Assembly (NCBI GenBank): GCA_964016885.1
Contig: OZ024754.1
Location: 33,170,001-33,234,000, forward strand
Direction of reading: 5' to 3'
Length of the DNA stretch: 64,000 bases
From: Eledone cirrhosa
Lineage: Eukaryota
The notes under the pieces are model-generated. The model saw nothing but the letters and a program-made list of their open reading frames with translations, searched no databases and had not been told where the DNA came from. This document shows, piece by piece, positions 15,872-28,419 of the stretch (its first letter is position 1; every line of letters starts with the position of its first letter). Position numbers and translations under genes: made by a program.

Positions 15872-16130
15872 TGGTAAGGGTATTGGACTTACGATCATAA
15901 TGTCGTGGGTTCGATTCCTGGGTTGCGTGTTGTGTTCTTGAGCAAAACACTTCATTTCACGTTGCTCCAGTATACTCAGCTGAAAATGAGTTCCATCAAA
16001 ATCTGGGGCTATAAACCTTGCGATGGTCTGGCGTCCTGTCCAGGAGGAGTCTTGTACTCTCAGTCGCTTCCCGCCATGAAACCGGGATAAGCACCGGCCA
16101 AATGAGCCTTCTGGCTTAAGACAGACTTTA
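15872..16130 (+). mobile_element. tRNA-derived SINE family 2 (related pieces at 37475-37600 plus and about 62640-62785 minus)
   Basis: B-box GGTTCGATTCC, then TTGTGTTCTTGAGCAAAACACTTCATTTCACGTTGCTCC shared with 37559-37596. Confidence 0.75.
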
Positions 16131-16368
16131 GACTTTTTAAATATATTAGCAGCTCAGTAGTTACCGATGATGTTGATCTTTTCTACTTTCTATGTTATAG
16201 CTACTGTTTCTCAGAGAGTGGGATTGGCTCAGTGCACAGTCTATCCTCACTTTTAAAAAAACTTCACGCATAGGCATTGCGCGATAGAATTAATTAATAA
16301 TTATTAATAATAGTATATCGTTCAATGGCCATACTTGATAACGAGGGGGCAGCCATTATGTATGTATG

Positions 16369-16421
<53 letters not shown>

Positions 16422-16758
16422 CTCTATCTATCTAAGTGAATGGGCCTTCTCTCTATATCAGCCTGTAGGTTGAAGAAAAAGAGGAAGAGAGGAAAGGTGT
16501 ACAAACTCTTCGTACTCCTGGAGATTAGGGTTGCACATTTTTTTCGGGGGTATGTGTTACCCATATGAAATGTCTCCCGCTATTGGGGAAAACCGATTAT
16601 TTTTTAAATTGCATTTGTGATAATATTTTACACGTTTTTATTGTATGTAAACTTCCCCCTTTGTATTTGTCCCCTTCTTTTGTGCCTTTGTGGCTAATAA
16701 AGAAACATATCTCTCTATCTCTCTCTCTCTATCTATCTATCTCTATCTGTCTCTCTCA

Positions 16759-16794
<36 letters not shown>

Positions 16795-16827
16795 ATATAT
16801 ATATATGTCATTGACGGATGTGTGAAA

Positions 16828-16950
16828 AAGTAGTCAATACCGAAATAGAGTATAAATATGTATTTAATATGTGTGGTGAGCCTTGTTACACCTGCACAGG
16901 TGAAACTCCAGAGTAAGAAGGTGGTTCACCACTTAGACATATTAAATTAA
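16828..16950. mobile_element. Family D fold-back element remnant (others at 50021-50235 and 62208-62360)
   Basis: GTGAGCCTTGTTAC and CAGGTGAAACTCCAGAGTAA shared with the 50 kb copy; TCAATACCGAA.TAGAGT shared with 62241-62258. Confidence 0.7.
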
Positions 16951-17030
16951 TTTATATATATATATAAACTATATAAACACTCTACATACATACATACATA
17001 CATACATACATACATACATACATACATACA

Positions 17031-17061
<31 letters not shown>

Positions 17062-17640
17062 GAGGAGAATATTTATGCAGAACTGATGAGGAATCTGCAG
17101 ATACTCCACCCTGATTACACCTTCAGATTTATGCCTGTGATTATTGGGGCACTGGGATATGTTAGTAACTGCCTCAATACAAATCTTGAGAAGCTAGGCT
17201 TCACAGGAACAGAAAGAACACAACTAGTTAGGAAATTACAAGTACAATCCATTAATGAAACAGTAAAAATATGTAAAACATTCCAAAAATGTTGCATCTA
17301 ATAACTGCATATACACATGTACAGATAGAAAGCATATACACATGCACATATACAACTCAAAACATACACATCCACACATACAATAACATCCATATCTACA
17401 CATGCATGCATGCATACATACATATCTACCTAGTTGATGTTGTGTAAATTCCAATGAGAGAGTCTTGTGTCTATGTTAGAAACCGACTCTCTCTCTCTAT
17501 TGGTAAAACTTTGTGAAATTATAAAACCAGAAGAACATACATACATACGTACATACATACATACATACATATTTGTGAAAATTTGTGAAATTTTGTGAAA
17601 TCTTGTGAAATTATAAAACCAGAAGAACATACATACATAT
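17062..17640 (+). mobile_element. 3' fragment of an R4/Dong-like RLE non-LTR retrotransposon inserted in (TACA)n
   Basis: Translates [46 protein letters not shown].., matching the R4-clade C-terminal E..Y..L...PVIIGALG motif. (TACA)n on both sides; 3' terminus duplicated. Confidence 0.75.
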
Positions 17641-17956
17641 GAGTGTGTGTGTGTGCGTGTATGTATATATATATGTGTATGTGTGTGTGTAATGACACTT
17701 AAACCTGGCAGAGCTCTTCCCTCGATCGAGTTCAGTACAGAGAAGAATAAGACAGAAAGAAAGCGAGAAAGACATAACGATGAAATATCGACTCTACTAT
17801 ATTACTGGTACTTTATTTATCGACCTAGAAAGGAAAAAAGGCAAATTTGACTTGGAATTTGAACTCAGAGAGCAAAGTACTCTCTCCGACATTCTAACTA
17901 CTCTGCCAATTCGTTACTTCTCTCTCTCTTTCTCTTTTTCTTTTTCTCTCACTCAA

Positions 17957-18011
<55 letters not shown>

Positions 18012-18153
18012 TTAGGTTAATAGGAGTTAGGTATTGTATACCCGTGTCTCATTAAGGTATTGGCAGCATAATAATTAGCTCTATACTTTGGAGCAGAGCC
18101 GTATATATGATAAAGAACACAAGAGCGTCTACAACATCAAAAGATTTTTATTG

Positions 18154-18198
18154 GCTTACAATGTTTCTTCCTTACGTAACCGTAGGATACGTCAGAGC
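18154..18198 (-). ncRNA. Hammerhead-like motif with variant core CUGACGU
   Basis: GCU-CUGACGU-A-UCCUACG GUUA CGUAAGGA-A-GAAA-CAUUG-UA-AGC. Confidence 0.5.
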
Positions 18199-19994
18199 TA
18201 TAAAAGGGGTTTGATTGGTGTTATGGACTCTACCAACCAAACATTCAAGAACAAAGAGTAAAGAGAGTAAAGAGCAAAAGTAGGGGACGATAAGTCTAAT
18301 TTTGGTGCGGGAGGGTGGGGTGTTGGTCCTTGTTTACTAGCTGTGGTCATATTCATTCCCGGGAGTCGGGTGGTTAGTGGAGCCATAGATGGGGTGGCGT
18401 CGATAGTAGGGTGCAGAGGGCGTGCAGAGGCTACACACACACAAAGGGCATACAATATATATATAACGGAGGAGAAAGTACATGAGGTAATTAGAAATGG
18501 AATAAGAGTAATAATAATAATCTATAATTAATAATGTATAATAAGGCATGGGGAAGATTACACTATAAGGTATAAAAGTAAGAATAAGGTAAAATATAAA
18601 GGAGGATAAAAGTGAAAGTAAGAATAAAGATAAAAAATATATATAAAAAATATATAGAGAATATATAAAGAAATATAAGCAAGTATTAGAAAGGGAAAAG
18701 GGAAAAACACAATGTAAAAAAACCGATTTTTTCAAATAAAAATATTATATATATGGGGGGAGAAAACGGGATAGAGAAATATAATCAAATGTGATTAGTT
18801 GAGAGAATATAAGATGATAATAGTTATGTCAAGTTTATACATCTTAATAATAAATAATCTGTATATCAGAGTTACACATCCTTCAATTCACTTGCAGGTT
18901 CAACCCACGTGGCATAGTCCATTGTTCATCTGTGCGGTCGTGTGCGTTTGTTTTTGACACCACAGCAGATGCACAAGTTCGTAAATTCCAATGCAGATAG
19001 AAATCTATTTTTGTTCACCCATACATTGACGGAGGATCCAATATCCCTAGTTCAATATGTGTGTGGTGTTATTTTGGTCGCACAAATCAATCACTTGGTT
19101 CAATATTATGGAGTATGGTTTTCTGGTCTTCGTAACACTATCAGTGGTTGTATATCTCGAAATCACAAGGATCACAGTACTCCGGTTTGGTGTGATTATC
19201 GGTCATCCAACTATGTTGTCGGTGGTTGGATTCAATTCTATTGCCCAGAACGTAGAACTTTGGTGTTGATTGAACATTAACGAGGCAGAGTGAGATCGCA
19301 TCTGTGATACAAAACGGTACGCAAGGAAATTCTTCGTCTTCGTTTCATCCAGGTCTAGCAGTCACGTGCAAGAACCGCTACGTAGTAATTGTGAGGGTTA
19401 TCGGTCAAGATAGCAACTGACCGAAAATTCTCTTAGGAATTCAGACAGGCATGACAGGTACATTTAGGTCAGCAGTTTCTTCATGTGTACGTGTGTCCGA
19501 TACACACAGACACATGTTTATATGTATTTCAACTCAAAAAATTCAATTGATTCGTTTATTGATATTATATCTCTGTTGCTCCGATGTGCATGTTGTGGTG
19601 TTCTGGTCGTGTTTACCATTCACTGTGTTTTGCCATTACCTTGGAATGTGGTGTTTTGGTCATCAATAGTCCGGCAAGCGCATTCCTCTCTTATAATGTG
19701 GAGAATGGTGTGCTGGTCCTCAGTAAACATTTGGGTCAGCAGGAGGGGTGGTGGTTCTCAGTTTCAACTGCGACAATACATATGTGTTACTCTACATATC
19801 GTGCTCCTCTCAAAGAAGAGTATTATAGGAGGAATTCATGCCAAACACCACATATAGAGAAGACTTCTACAGAAAAAATATACATACATACACACATATA
19901 TACATATCATACACACACATATACACATACATATATATATATATACATACATATCACATATACACATACACACAATATAATACACATGTATACA

Positions 19995-20031
<37 letters not shown>

Positions 20032-20280
20032 ATACATGTATACAATACACATACAGATGCATGCATGCATGCACACACGTACACACACATATATACATAT
20101 GTGTGTGTGTGTGAGAGAAAAGGAGAATACACACACACACACATACACACACAAACACAAACCTTGTAGGGGACTGTTCCACCCTTAGGCTACCTATCTA
20201 TCTGGGTTATGGGTTGGGCGGGGGAAGCTATAGTCAAGGAGGGGTATGTCTAGGTGGGGGTTGCGTAATATATGTTACGT

Positions 20281-21866
20281 CTATGTGCTAGGTTTAAAAT
20301 AGAAGAAGAAACTCAGGATTTTGTGTTGGCAAGAGGAGAAAATTTTCGATTTCCTGTTAAGCAGGTTCAGTTTAGAGTGTATTATGGCATGGCATTCCAG
20401 TAAACACAGGTCACAACTCCCGCTCTGCAGTCGGTATGGCGTGGATCTAGTAAGCTTCCTCCAAAAAAGTTTGTATGGGGTACTATTATTTTTTAAAAAG
20501 GAGATGTATCCCGCCAGTGAGGTGGCATTCTTATGTCTATTGTGGCTAAATGTGTACATATGCGCGTTATATCTAGTTTTATATGTATTGGACGTTGATC
20601 CTATATATGTTTTGGTAGAGTTGTGTGTAATTACGTCACGTGCATATACGATGTTTTTCATGAGGCAAGCCCCCCATTAGGGGACAATTACTACTCCGCC
20701 TACAATTGCAACTGCGGGTTCGATCAGTTAGCGTACCTCCCGAACTTTGGTTACTAGCATTATCACTAGGTGCCTCTATATCATTAGATGGCTCAGTGAT
20801 GCTATTATGTTGCCCACTTTCCAGTGTAGTCGGTTGCTGGTGGTTAACTGCCATTTTAATTGCTTCGAAACCTTCCCTAGTTTTCCTAATGTTCGTGCGT
20901 GCTAGGTGTGATGCGAGGTTAGGTGTGGTCGAATAGGAAAATTTAATCACATTTTTGTTAATTATGTTGCGATATCTATTGCCTGGTGGGAAGTTTTTTT
21001 CTAATAATGAGAAGAATACTCTGGGGAGGTTAGTGAGGACCTCAGAGTTAAAAGGTGGGTTAAAATACATGTTTTTCCTTCTTCTATTTTTCTTATCTGT
21101 GGGGTGAGTCTCGTTACTGTGCGTACTATTTTGTAAGGTTCCGTTATTAACGTTAGTGGCGTTGTCTGTTTTGCTTAAGCCCGGATGGTTTATATTCATG
21201 GCATGATCATTTGCTGCTTTAGAGTTGTGGTAAGGGACTCTAGTATTGTCTCTACGTGGTTTACATTTAGCTGGGTTACCGCCATTAGGGTTCTTACTAT
21301 TATTCTTGCCTCTAAGTTGGTTAGGCTTTGTGGCCATACTATGTGTGATTATGTTGGTAGGTTTCACACTCATGGTTTGGGAGTCCTTATGTATATATGA
21401 TAATCTATTCCCGTAACCAGATTCTGCTAGGGCCTTGTCATGATACGCATTGGAGTTGAAGATACTCTCATTACAGGACAGTCTGCTAATTCTATTAGAG
21501 ACCCCCTTGGGAATAGCGTTTAGGACTGATTTGGGGTGGTTGGAGCTGGCGTTTACATATGTTAGTCTATCATTAGGTTTATGGTAGGGTGCAAATGTTT
21601 TAGTTTCTAGGTCAAGGGTGGCGTCTAGAAAGTTTACTGTTTTGTTATTTGCATCTATGGTAATACTTAGATTAAAGCTTTTAAAGAACCTACGTAACTG
21701 TTTCCTAGTTCTTTCTATATTGCACTTTTTATACTCGAGAGTGAGGAGGGCGTCATCACGATATAAGCCGCCCTTCAGGTGCCGTAATGTCTCATGTAAC
21801 TCCTTTAAGAGGTACAATCCTACCAGGTCCGTTACTTGTGCAGAGTCACTAGATCCCATTGTGATG

Positions 21867-21868
<2 letters not shown>
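20281..21868 (-). pseudogene. 5'-truncated Penelope-like element ORF (RT C-half, thumb, GIY-YIG endonuclease), tentatively Naiad-like; one frameshift at 20670-20675
   Basis: Motifs MGSSDSAQVTDLVG, GLYRDD, VNFLD, YVNASSNHP, FNPPF, SYS, CNCR..CPL.G.CL, IVY..YIGST, CDLCLLE, LLNRK across ORFs 20636-21985 and 20281-20661. Confidence 0.9.
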
Positions 21869-21929
<61 letters not shown>

Positions 21930-21934
<5 letters not shown>

Positions 21935-22043
21935 AAGAGGGTGTGGTAAGATACCAAGTGGACCATAACGCACCATAGTACTCAATACTCGGATCTAACT
22001 GTCGAAACGGCAGAGGCACAGCCGTCGGGGTTCTGATTGTTTC

Positions 22044-22044
<1 letters not shown>
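21930..22044 (-). mobile_element. Family E element, one arm plus tail
   Basis: Minus strand CCCCGACGGCTGTGCCTCTGCCGTTTCGAC..GTATTGAGTACTATGGTGCGTTATGGTCCACTTGG. Confidence 0.78.
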
Positions 22045-22087
<43 letters not shown>

Positions 22088-22118
22088 TCGAGTTTAAAAA
22101 CCTATTAAGGAAGTATCC

Positions 22119-22159
<41 letters not shown>

Positions 22160-22178
22160 GTGTGTGTGTGTGTTTGTG

Positions 22179-22235
<57 letters not shown>

Positions 22236-22486
22236 AGAGAGAGAGAAAGACGGCTACGTGTTCTCTCCCCCTCCTTTCATATTGGTATATTTTTTTCCCT
22301 AAGCTTTCGAACCTAGAGACTTCATATTATTACAAAGTACCAGTAATACACTGGGATAATTGCTGGCCTTGTGCCAAAAGTAGAAACAATTATTTTAATT
22401 TTTCTTAGATATGTATTTTTGACAACATAGGTTATAATGGTAGGTATTATTATTGTTGTTGTTGTTGTTGTTGTTGTTCTTCTTCT

Positions 22487-22518
<32 letters not shown>

Positions 22519-22675
22519 TTCTTCTTCTTCTTCTTCTTCTTCTTCTTCTTCTTCTTCTTTCAATGTTGTTAAAATGTCAATTTTCTCTTCTTTTTGTTTG
22601 TTATTTATTCTACTATTTTATTTTATTCATGAATATATATATATATATATATATAATTATATATATATATATGTA

Positions 22676-22833
<158 letters not shown>

Positions 22834-22834
22834 A

Positions 22835-22903
<69 letters not shown>

Positions 22904-22979
22904 ATTATATATATATATATAAAAACAAAAAACAAACAAACAACAAAACAAACATATATATACACATACATACATATAT

Positions 22980-23081
<102 letters not shown>

Positions 23082-23883
23082 ATATATATGTTTGTTTGTT
23101 TTTTTGTTGTTTTTTCTGTAGTTCTGAGTCGATTCATTTGGTTGAATTCGTACTCACCCTAGCGTGCTTCATTTCTTGTATAATTGGTAAGTTAAAGGGA
23201 ACGTGTTGAAGCATTAAACAGCAGAGTTTGGCAAGGAAAGAATTATTTAGTTCGCTGCAAGGTATGTATGATTTTAGCTAAGATATGCTTCTATGGCAGT
23301 GGATATGCTAGAATTCAATGTATATTTATTTCAAAGATTATTTCGTCGGCGTGACACGTAGAAAAATCACATTTTACACTTCTGATGTTATGGGGGTATA
23401 TGACTAAGATACTCTCATAGAATCCCCAAATGAGGTTTATTTTTCAACTTAATTCCTGGAAAGAAAAACAATGCAGTTATTACTATGTTGAGTTGAAATT
23501 AATGCATGCAGGATTTCAAAGCTCTAGCATCATTCCTTTATAGTCAGCCTATAAACTTTTCAGCCCATTCTCGTGATATATTTATTGTGGTGTGGTGTAT
23601 ATATATCTGTGTTTCGAAATATTTACTTCTGCGTTCACAGATTGATTTTTTTAGTTTCAGATGATCCCGTTAAGGGTGAAAGCAGTGATTCTTTGCTTAA
23701 CCTTTAATCTGTTATTTTAATAAATATTTGCTCTAGGGTTCTTATATATTTATCCTTATCGAGGCCTCTTTGGATTTTAGTCTTCACATTTATTATTATT
23801 ACTATATATATATATAATATGCCCCAATGCTCTGATACCATCAACACTATAAACACAGAGCTGGCATATCTAAGAACTGACTA

Positions 23884-23939
23884 ACTGCCTGATGAGGTCA
23901 TAGCCATTCAATGGCTATCATCGAAATATATATAGTAGT
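23884..23939 (+). ncRNA. Minimal type-I hammerhead ribozyme motif
   Basis: ACTGC-CTGATGA(23889-95)-GGT C ATAGCCAT TCA ATGGCTAT C ATC-GAAA(23923-26)-TATATA-TA-GTAGT; all stems pair. Confidence 0.85.
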
Positions 23940-23984
23940 AAATAAAGGATTATGAGTTCATGCAATTGACTTATGTTTCGTCAC

Positions 23985-24017
<33 letters not shown>

Positions 24018-24042
24018 GGGGGAGAGAGAGTGAGGGCGAGAA

Positions 24043-24157
<115 letters not shown>

Positions 24158-24260
24158 AGATACAAATGATTTCAAAAGTACTCATATATAGAAACAAGAC
24201 TTTATTTCAGATGGAAATTACTTCAACAACACAATCACGGTTTAAATCAGTTGAAACCAG

Positions 24261-24878
24261 GTGTGTTGTGTTGTACTGTAGTGTTGTAGTGTGTTGTGTT
24301 GTAGTGTGGTGTGGTGTGTTGTAGTGTGGTGTATTGTAGTGTGGTGTGTTGTAGTGTAGTGTGTTGTAGTGTGGTGTGTTGTGTTATTGTGTAGTGTAGT
24401 GTATTTTAGTGTGGTGTGTTTTAGTGTATTGTCGTGTGGTGTGGTGTGTTGTGTTGAGGTGTAGTGTTTTGTAGTGTGGTGTTTTGTAGTGTATTGTAGT
24501 GTGGTGTGTTGTAGTGTAGTGTGGTGTGTTGTAGTGTAGTGTATTGTAATGTAGTGTGGTGTGTTGTAGTCTAGTGTATTGTAATGTGGTGTGTTGTAGT
24601 GTAGTGTAGTTTATTGTAGTGTGGTGTGTTATAGTGTAGTGTAGTGTAATGTAGTGTGGTGTGTTGTAGTGTAATGTAGTGTGATGTGTTGTAGTGTAGT
24701 GTAATGTAGTGTGGTGTGTTGTAGTGTAGTGTAATGTAGTGTGGTGTGTTGTAGTGTAGTGTAATGTAGTGTGATGTGTTGTAGTGTAGTGTAATGTAGT
24801 GTGGTGTGTTGTAGTGTAGTGTAATGTAGTGTGGTGTGTTGTAGTCTAGTGTATTGTAGTGTGGTGTGTTATAGTGTA
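24261..24878. repeat. Pentamer satellite (GTGTA/GTGTG/GTGTT)n with a 30-bp higher-order unit at 24631-24840
   Basis: GTAGTGTAGTGTAATGTAGTGTGGTGTGTT is repeated in register. Confidence 0.92.
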
Positions 24879-25347
24879 AACTATTAAACTTTACTATCTT
24901 CTGGTGTATTTCCAGAGTGTGTGTTGCATTGGTCTGAGATTGTGATCTATCCTTGTTTTCCGTGACAGACGTTGACCAATCATGGACGTCGTGTCAGTAA
25001 TAATAAGACAGAGTGATGTGACAAATTAAAGCAATGTTTTCTTGAGAATTAGTATTTTTGCCAATAAGCAAGAGACACGGAGCGACAAGAGTTAGCTCCA
25101 TTTGATTTTGTGTTGTCTTTCTGACAAAGTAAATGAGTGCCTGTCTGTCTGTATGTATGTATGACTGTCTGTCTGGCTGGCTGACTGTCTGTCTGGCTGA
25201 CTGTCTGTCTGGCTGGCTGACTGTCTGAGTGTCTGTCTAGTCCATCTTTCTCACTGTCTGCCTGTGGCATTGGTTGGATATCTCTGTGTGAATGTGTGTG
25301 TATGTGTACGTATGTATGTATTATGCATGTGTGTATGTATGTATTAT

Positions 25348-25954
25348 GTCAGGTCACCAGTTGGTGCTACTGGTAACATGTATCCCAGTACAACCTGTCC
25401 CATGGTCGGGTCGTTGGCGACTAAACTGGCAACCCACCAAGGTTTCCTTGGTGAGGAGAGTGACTTTGGACATCCTGCAGGACTAAAAACAAACCTATCA
25501 AAGGGCAAAAGAGCTCTTAAGTGTCAATGGCCATCCAAAATCACCGGGAGAGATGACCCCTTAGCCTTTGTCAAGGCAGAATTCTAGGAGAAGGAAAACT
25601 CTGATATAACACCTGCAACCCTGATGGTATCCAATGATGTTGACTTGTTCTTCTTTTTAGTAAATATCATCTTGGTTAAGAGAGTGGGACTGGCTCTGTG
25701 CAGTGCCTTTGCTCACTATAAAAGCTTCACGGCACAGGCATTGCTTTATATCTGGAGATCTCTCTGCACTTGTCGTTACATGGTACCATGGGCCCAGCAC
25801 TATATGTCAATAATTGTCACAAGTGTAGTGTTTGTACCAGAGTTTTCAAGTCGCTGGCCGGACTGAAAAGTCACACTCGTTCAGCGCATCGGTAGGGGTT
25901 CTCCTACATATAAGGTAGTGGCCGTTCTTGAAAACGAGTTGGGAGCCACCACCA
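25348..25954 (+). mobile_element. RTE-derived non-autonomous (bipartite-type) retroelement ending in a C2H2 zinc-finger remnant
   Basis: 25812-25895 encodes NCHKCSVCTRVFKSLAGLKSHTRSAHR*, the type of C-terminal finger found in RTE ORFs. No RT sequence upstream. Second copy at 8365-8745 and diverged relative at 16160-16284. Confidence 0.68.
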
Positions 25955-26637
25955 TGTATATATGTATATATGTATGTCTGTATGTATTAAAGTATGTATA
26001 TATGTGTGTATGTATATATGTATATATTTATGTGTGTATGTATGAATGTATCTATGTATGTATGGATGGATGTATGTATGTATATAAACATGTATGTATG
26101 TATATATGTATATATACATGTATGTATTTATGTATTATGTATGTGTGTATTATGTATGTATTATGTATGTATTATGTATGTATGTATGAATGTATGTATG
26201 TATGAATATATGTAGGTATCTATCTATATATGTATTATATATATATGTATGTATGTATATATTATTTGTGTGTATGTATGAATGTATGTATGTATGTATA
26301 TATGTATATATACATGTATGTATGTATGTACGTATATATGTATGTCTATATACATGTATGTGTGTATGTATGTATGTATATATATATACGTATGTATGTG
26401 TCTGGAGACGGTGATGATGTAGTTTGTGTGAGTTAATGATTGATTTAATTCATCCGTGATGAATGGTTGGTTAGTTGATTATATCGATTATTTAAAGGTT
26501 GGGTAGCGGGGAGTTGGGGTGGAACATTATGTGTGAGAGTGTACTTAAGTGAGGTGACCGGGTGAACGTAGCTACTAAAGACCTCGTCCTCATTTAGACA
26601 CTACAAATACATTAAGACGCAATCTGGATTAGTAATG

Positions 26638-26670
<33 letters not shown>

Positions 26671-26711
26671 TATATGTATGTATGGGTGTGTACCTATATA
26701 TATATATAGAG

Positions 26712-26749
<38 letters not shown>

Positions 26750-26777
26750 ATAGATATGATATCACCATATATATATA

Positions 26778-26975
26778 TATAGGAAAAAGTATGACCCCGA
26801 CGGCAGAGCTCAAGCCGTTTCGACGGCTATTTCTGGACTCCAGAAATAGCCGCCGAAACGGCTTGAGCTCTGCCGTCGGGGTCATAGCTTTTCCTATATC
26901 CCACTCTACTACCCTAAGTATTGAGTACTCTAGTGCGTTATGGTTCATTTGGTTCCTTACCACAATTCGCTTGTT
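26778..26975 (+). mobile_element. Family E fold-back element (palindrome centred on C26838, plus tail)
   Basis: Near-perfect ~60-bp arms; same tail as 9263-9340. Confidence 0.85.
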
Positions 26976-27037
26976 ATATATATATATATATATATACGAT
27001 ATTAAACAAATGGAAACTATATTTATAAAACCATATT

Positions 27038-27103
27038 TATTTCATTATACATATTTCAGGGATACCATATTAAAAATATGGCATGCCTTCGTCAGATAAA
27101 ATA
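27038..27103 (-). ncRNA. Hammerhead ribozyme motif (family A)
   Basis: UAUUUUAU-CUGACGA-AGG C AUGCCAUAU UUUUA AUAUGGUAU C CCU-GAAA-UAUGUA-UA-AUGAAAUA. Confidence 0.82.
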
Positions 27104-27686
27104 CAATATGTAAACAGTTTTATAAATAATTTTGACGTACCCTATTATAAGCGACCATTATATTTGGAAGCTGTCTGGATAGTGATTTGTTTATAATTAT
27201 TTAGTTATAGTGTTAAGCACAGTTAGAAAAAAGACGGAGAGAAAGAAAAAACGGAGATGCATATATATATACAAAATTTAGTACAGCATCAACGAAGCTC
27301 TGGTTGCAGCCAAGCTAACGAATGCAATCTCGGTGTGCAGCTAAGCACTCAATAGGGTATATTACCCTAGAGTTATAACATAACGTTTAGACAGCTTTAC
27401 AAATCGAATACAGCGACCGATAGACGGGTCGCAGTGACCATAGCGACGAAAAAAACTGAACTCAAGAAAATATATATATGGTGGTCACCGATCTGTCCAG
27501 CTCGTTTGTCTACCAGAATATTACGAAACAAATATACATTTTCTATGTATTTTATCTCGGTAGGACATGTATGCTTTATGTTATACGTAAAACTTTACAT
27601 CTTCGAAATATATATAGAGAAATAAATAGAAATGAGATAAAGTATATATCTTTCGTGTATTACTATTATTATTATATAAGTGGATT

Positions 27687-27880
27687 GGGCGGTGGATTGG
27701 CAGTATTGGTGGAGGGTCGGACGCCATGCTTTCCAGCATAGTTACGTCCCTTTACGATCTGAGTTCAAATCCCGCCGAGGTTGACTTTGCCTTTCATCCT
27801 TACGGGGTCGATAAAATATAGTACCAGTAATGCACTGGGTAATTGCTGGCCTTGTGCCTAAAGTAGAAACAATTATTATA
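27687..27880 (+). mobile_element. Full-length SINE family 1 copy
   Basis: GGCGGTGGATTGGCAGTATTGG..GAGTTCAAATCCCGCC..AGAAACAATTATT. Confidence 0.93.
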
Positions 27881-27917
27881 TAAATATATATATATATGTA
27901 TACACACACACACACAT

Positions 27918-28009
<92 letters not shown>

Positions 28010-28231
28010 GTATATATATATTTATATTCATAGAGATCTGGGACTTGTCTATTTCTACTCACTTTCCGTTGCTAAAACTTTTTTGTTGTTACTCTAGCGT
28101 CCCCCTTTATTTACGTGTCCCAACGACTTTTTTTAGCCGTTGTTCGCACCAACCCGAGGCATATGGCCCTTAAAGCGATGAAATGCCCAGGACGGTTGGA
28201 GGGTCACTGATGAAGGACTCACTTTTTCATA

Positions 28232-28262
<31 letters not shown>

Positions 28263-28309
28263 GTGTATCTATGTATGTATCTATGTGTATATATATATAT
28301 GGTGAGAGA

Positions 28310-28404
<95 letters not shown>

Positions 28405-28419
28405 TGTGTGTGTGTAAAA

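Noticed and set aside
17083-17089. CTGATGA hammerhead-like core
   Set aside because: It lies within R4-like coding sequence (ELMR) with no stem II/GAAA arrangement.
23655-23690. CAGATGA-TCCC GTTAA GGGT-GAAA
   Set aside because: U4 is substituted and there is no convincing stem I or cleavage triplet; at most a decayed relic.
27687-27780. tRNA gene-like A/B boxes
   Set aside because: These are SINE heads repeated many times with a common non-tRNA body; no full cloverleaf.
28195-28230. GGTTGGA..TCACTGATGAAGGACT half-core (also 34264-34300, and similar at 59446 minus)
   Set aside because: A real small repeat, but there is no downstream GAAA or stem III before the TA tract, so it is not called a ribozyme.
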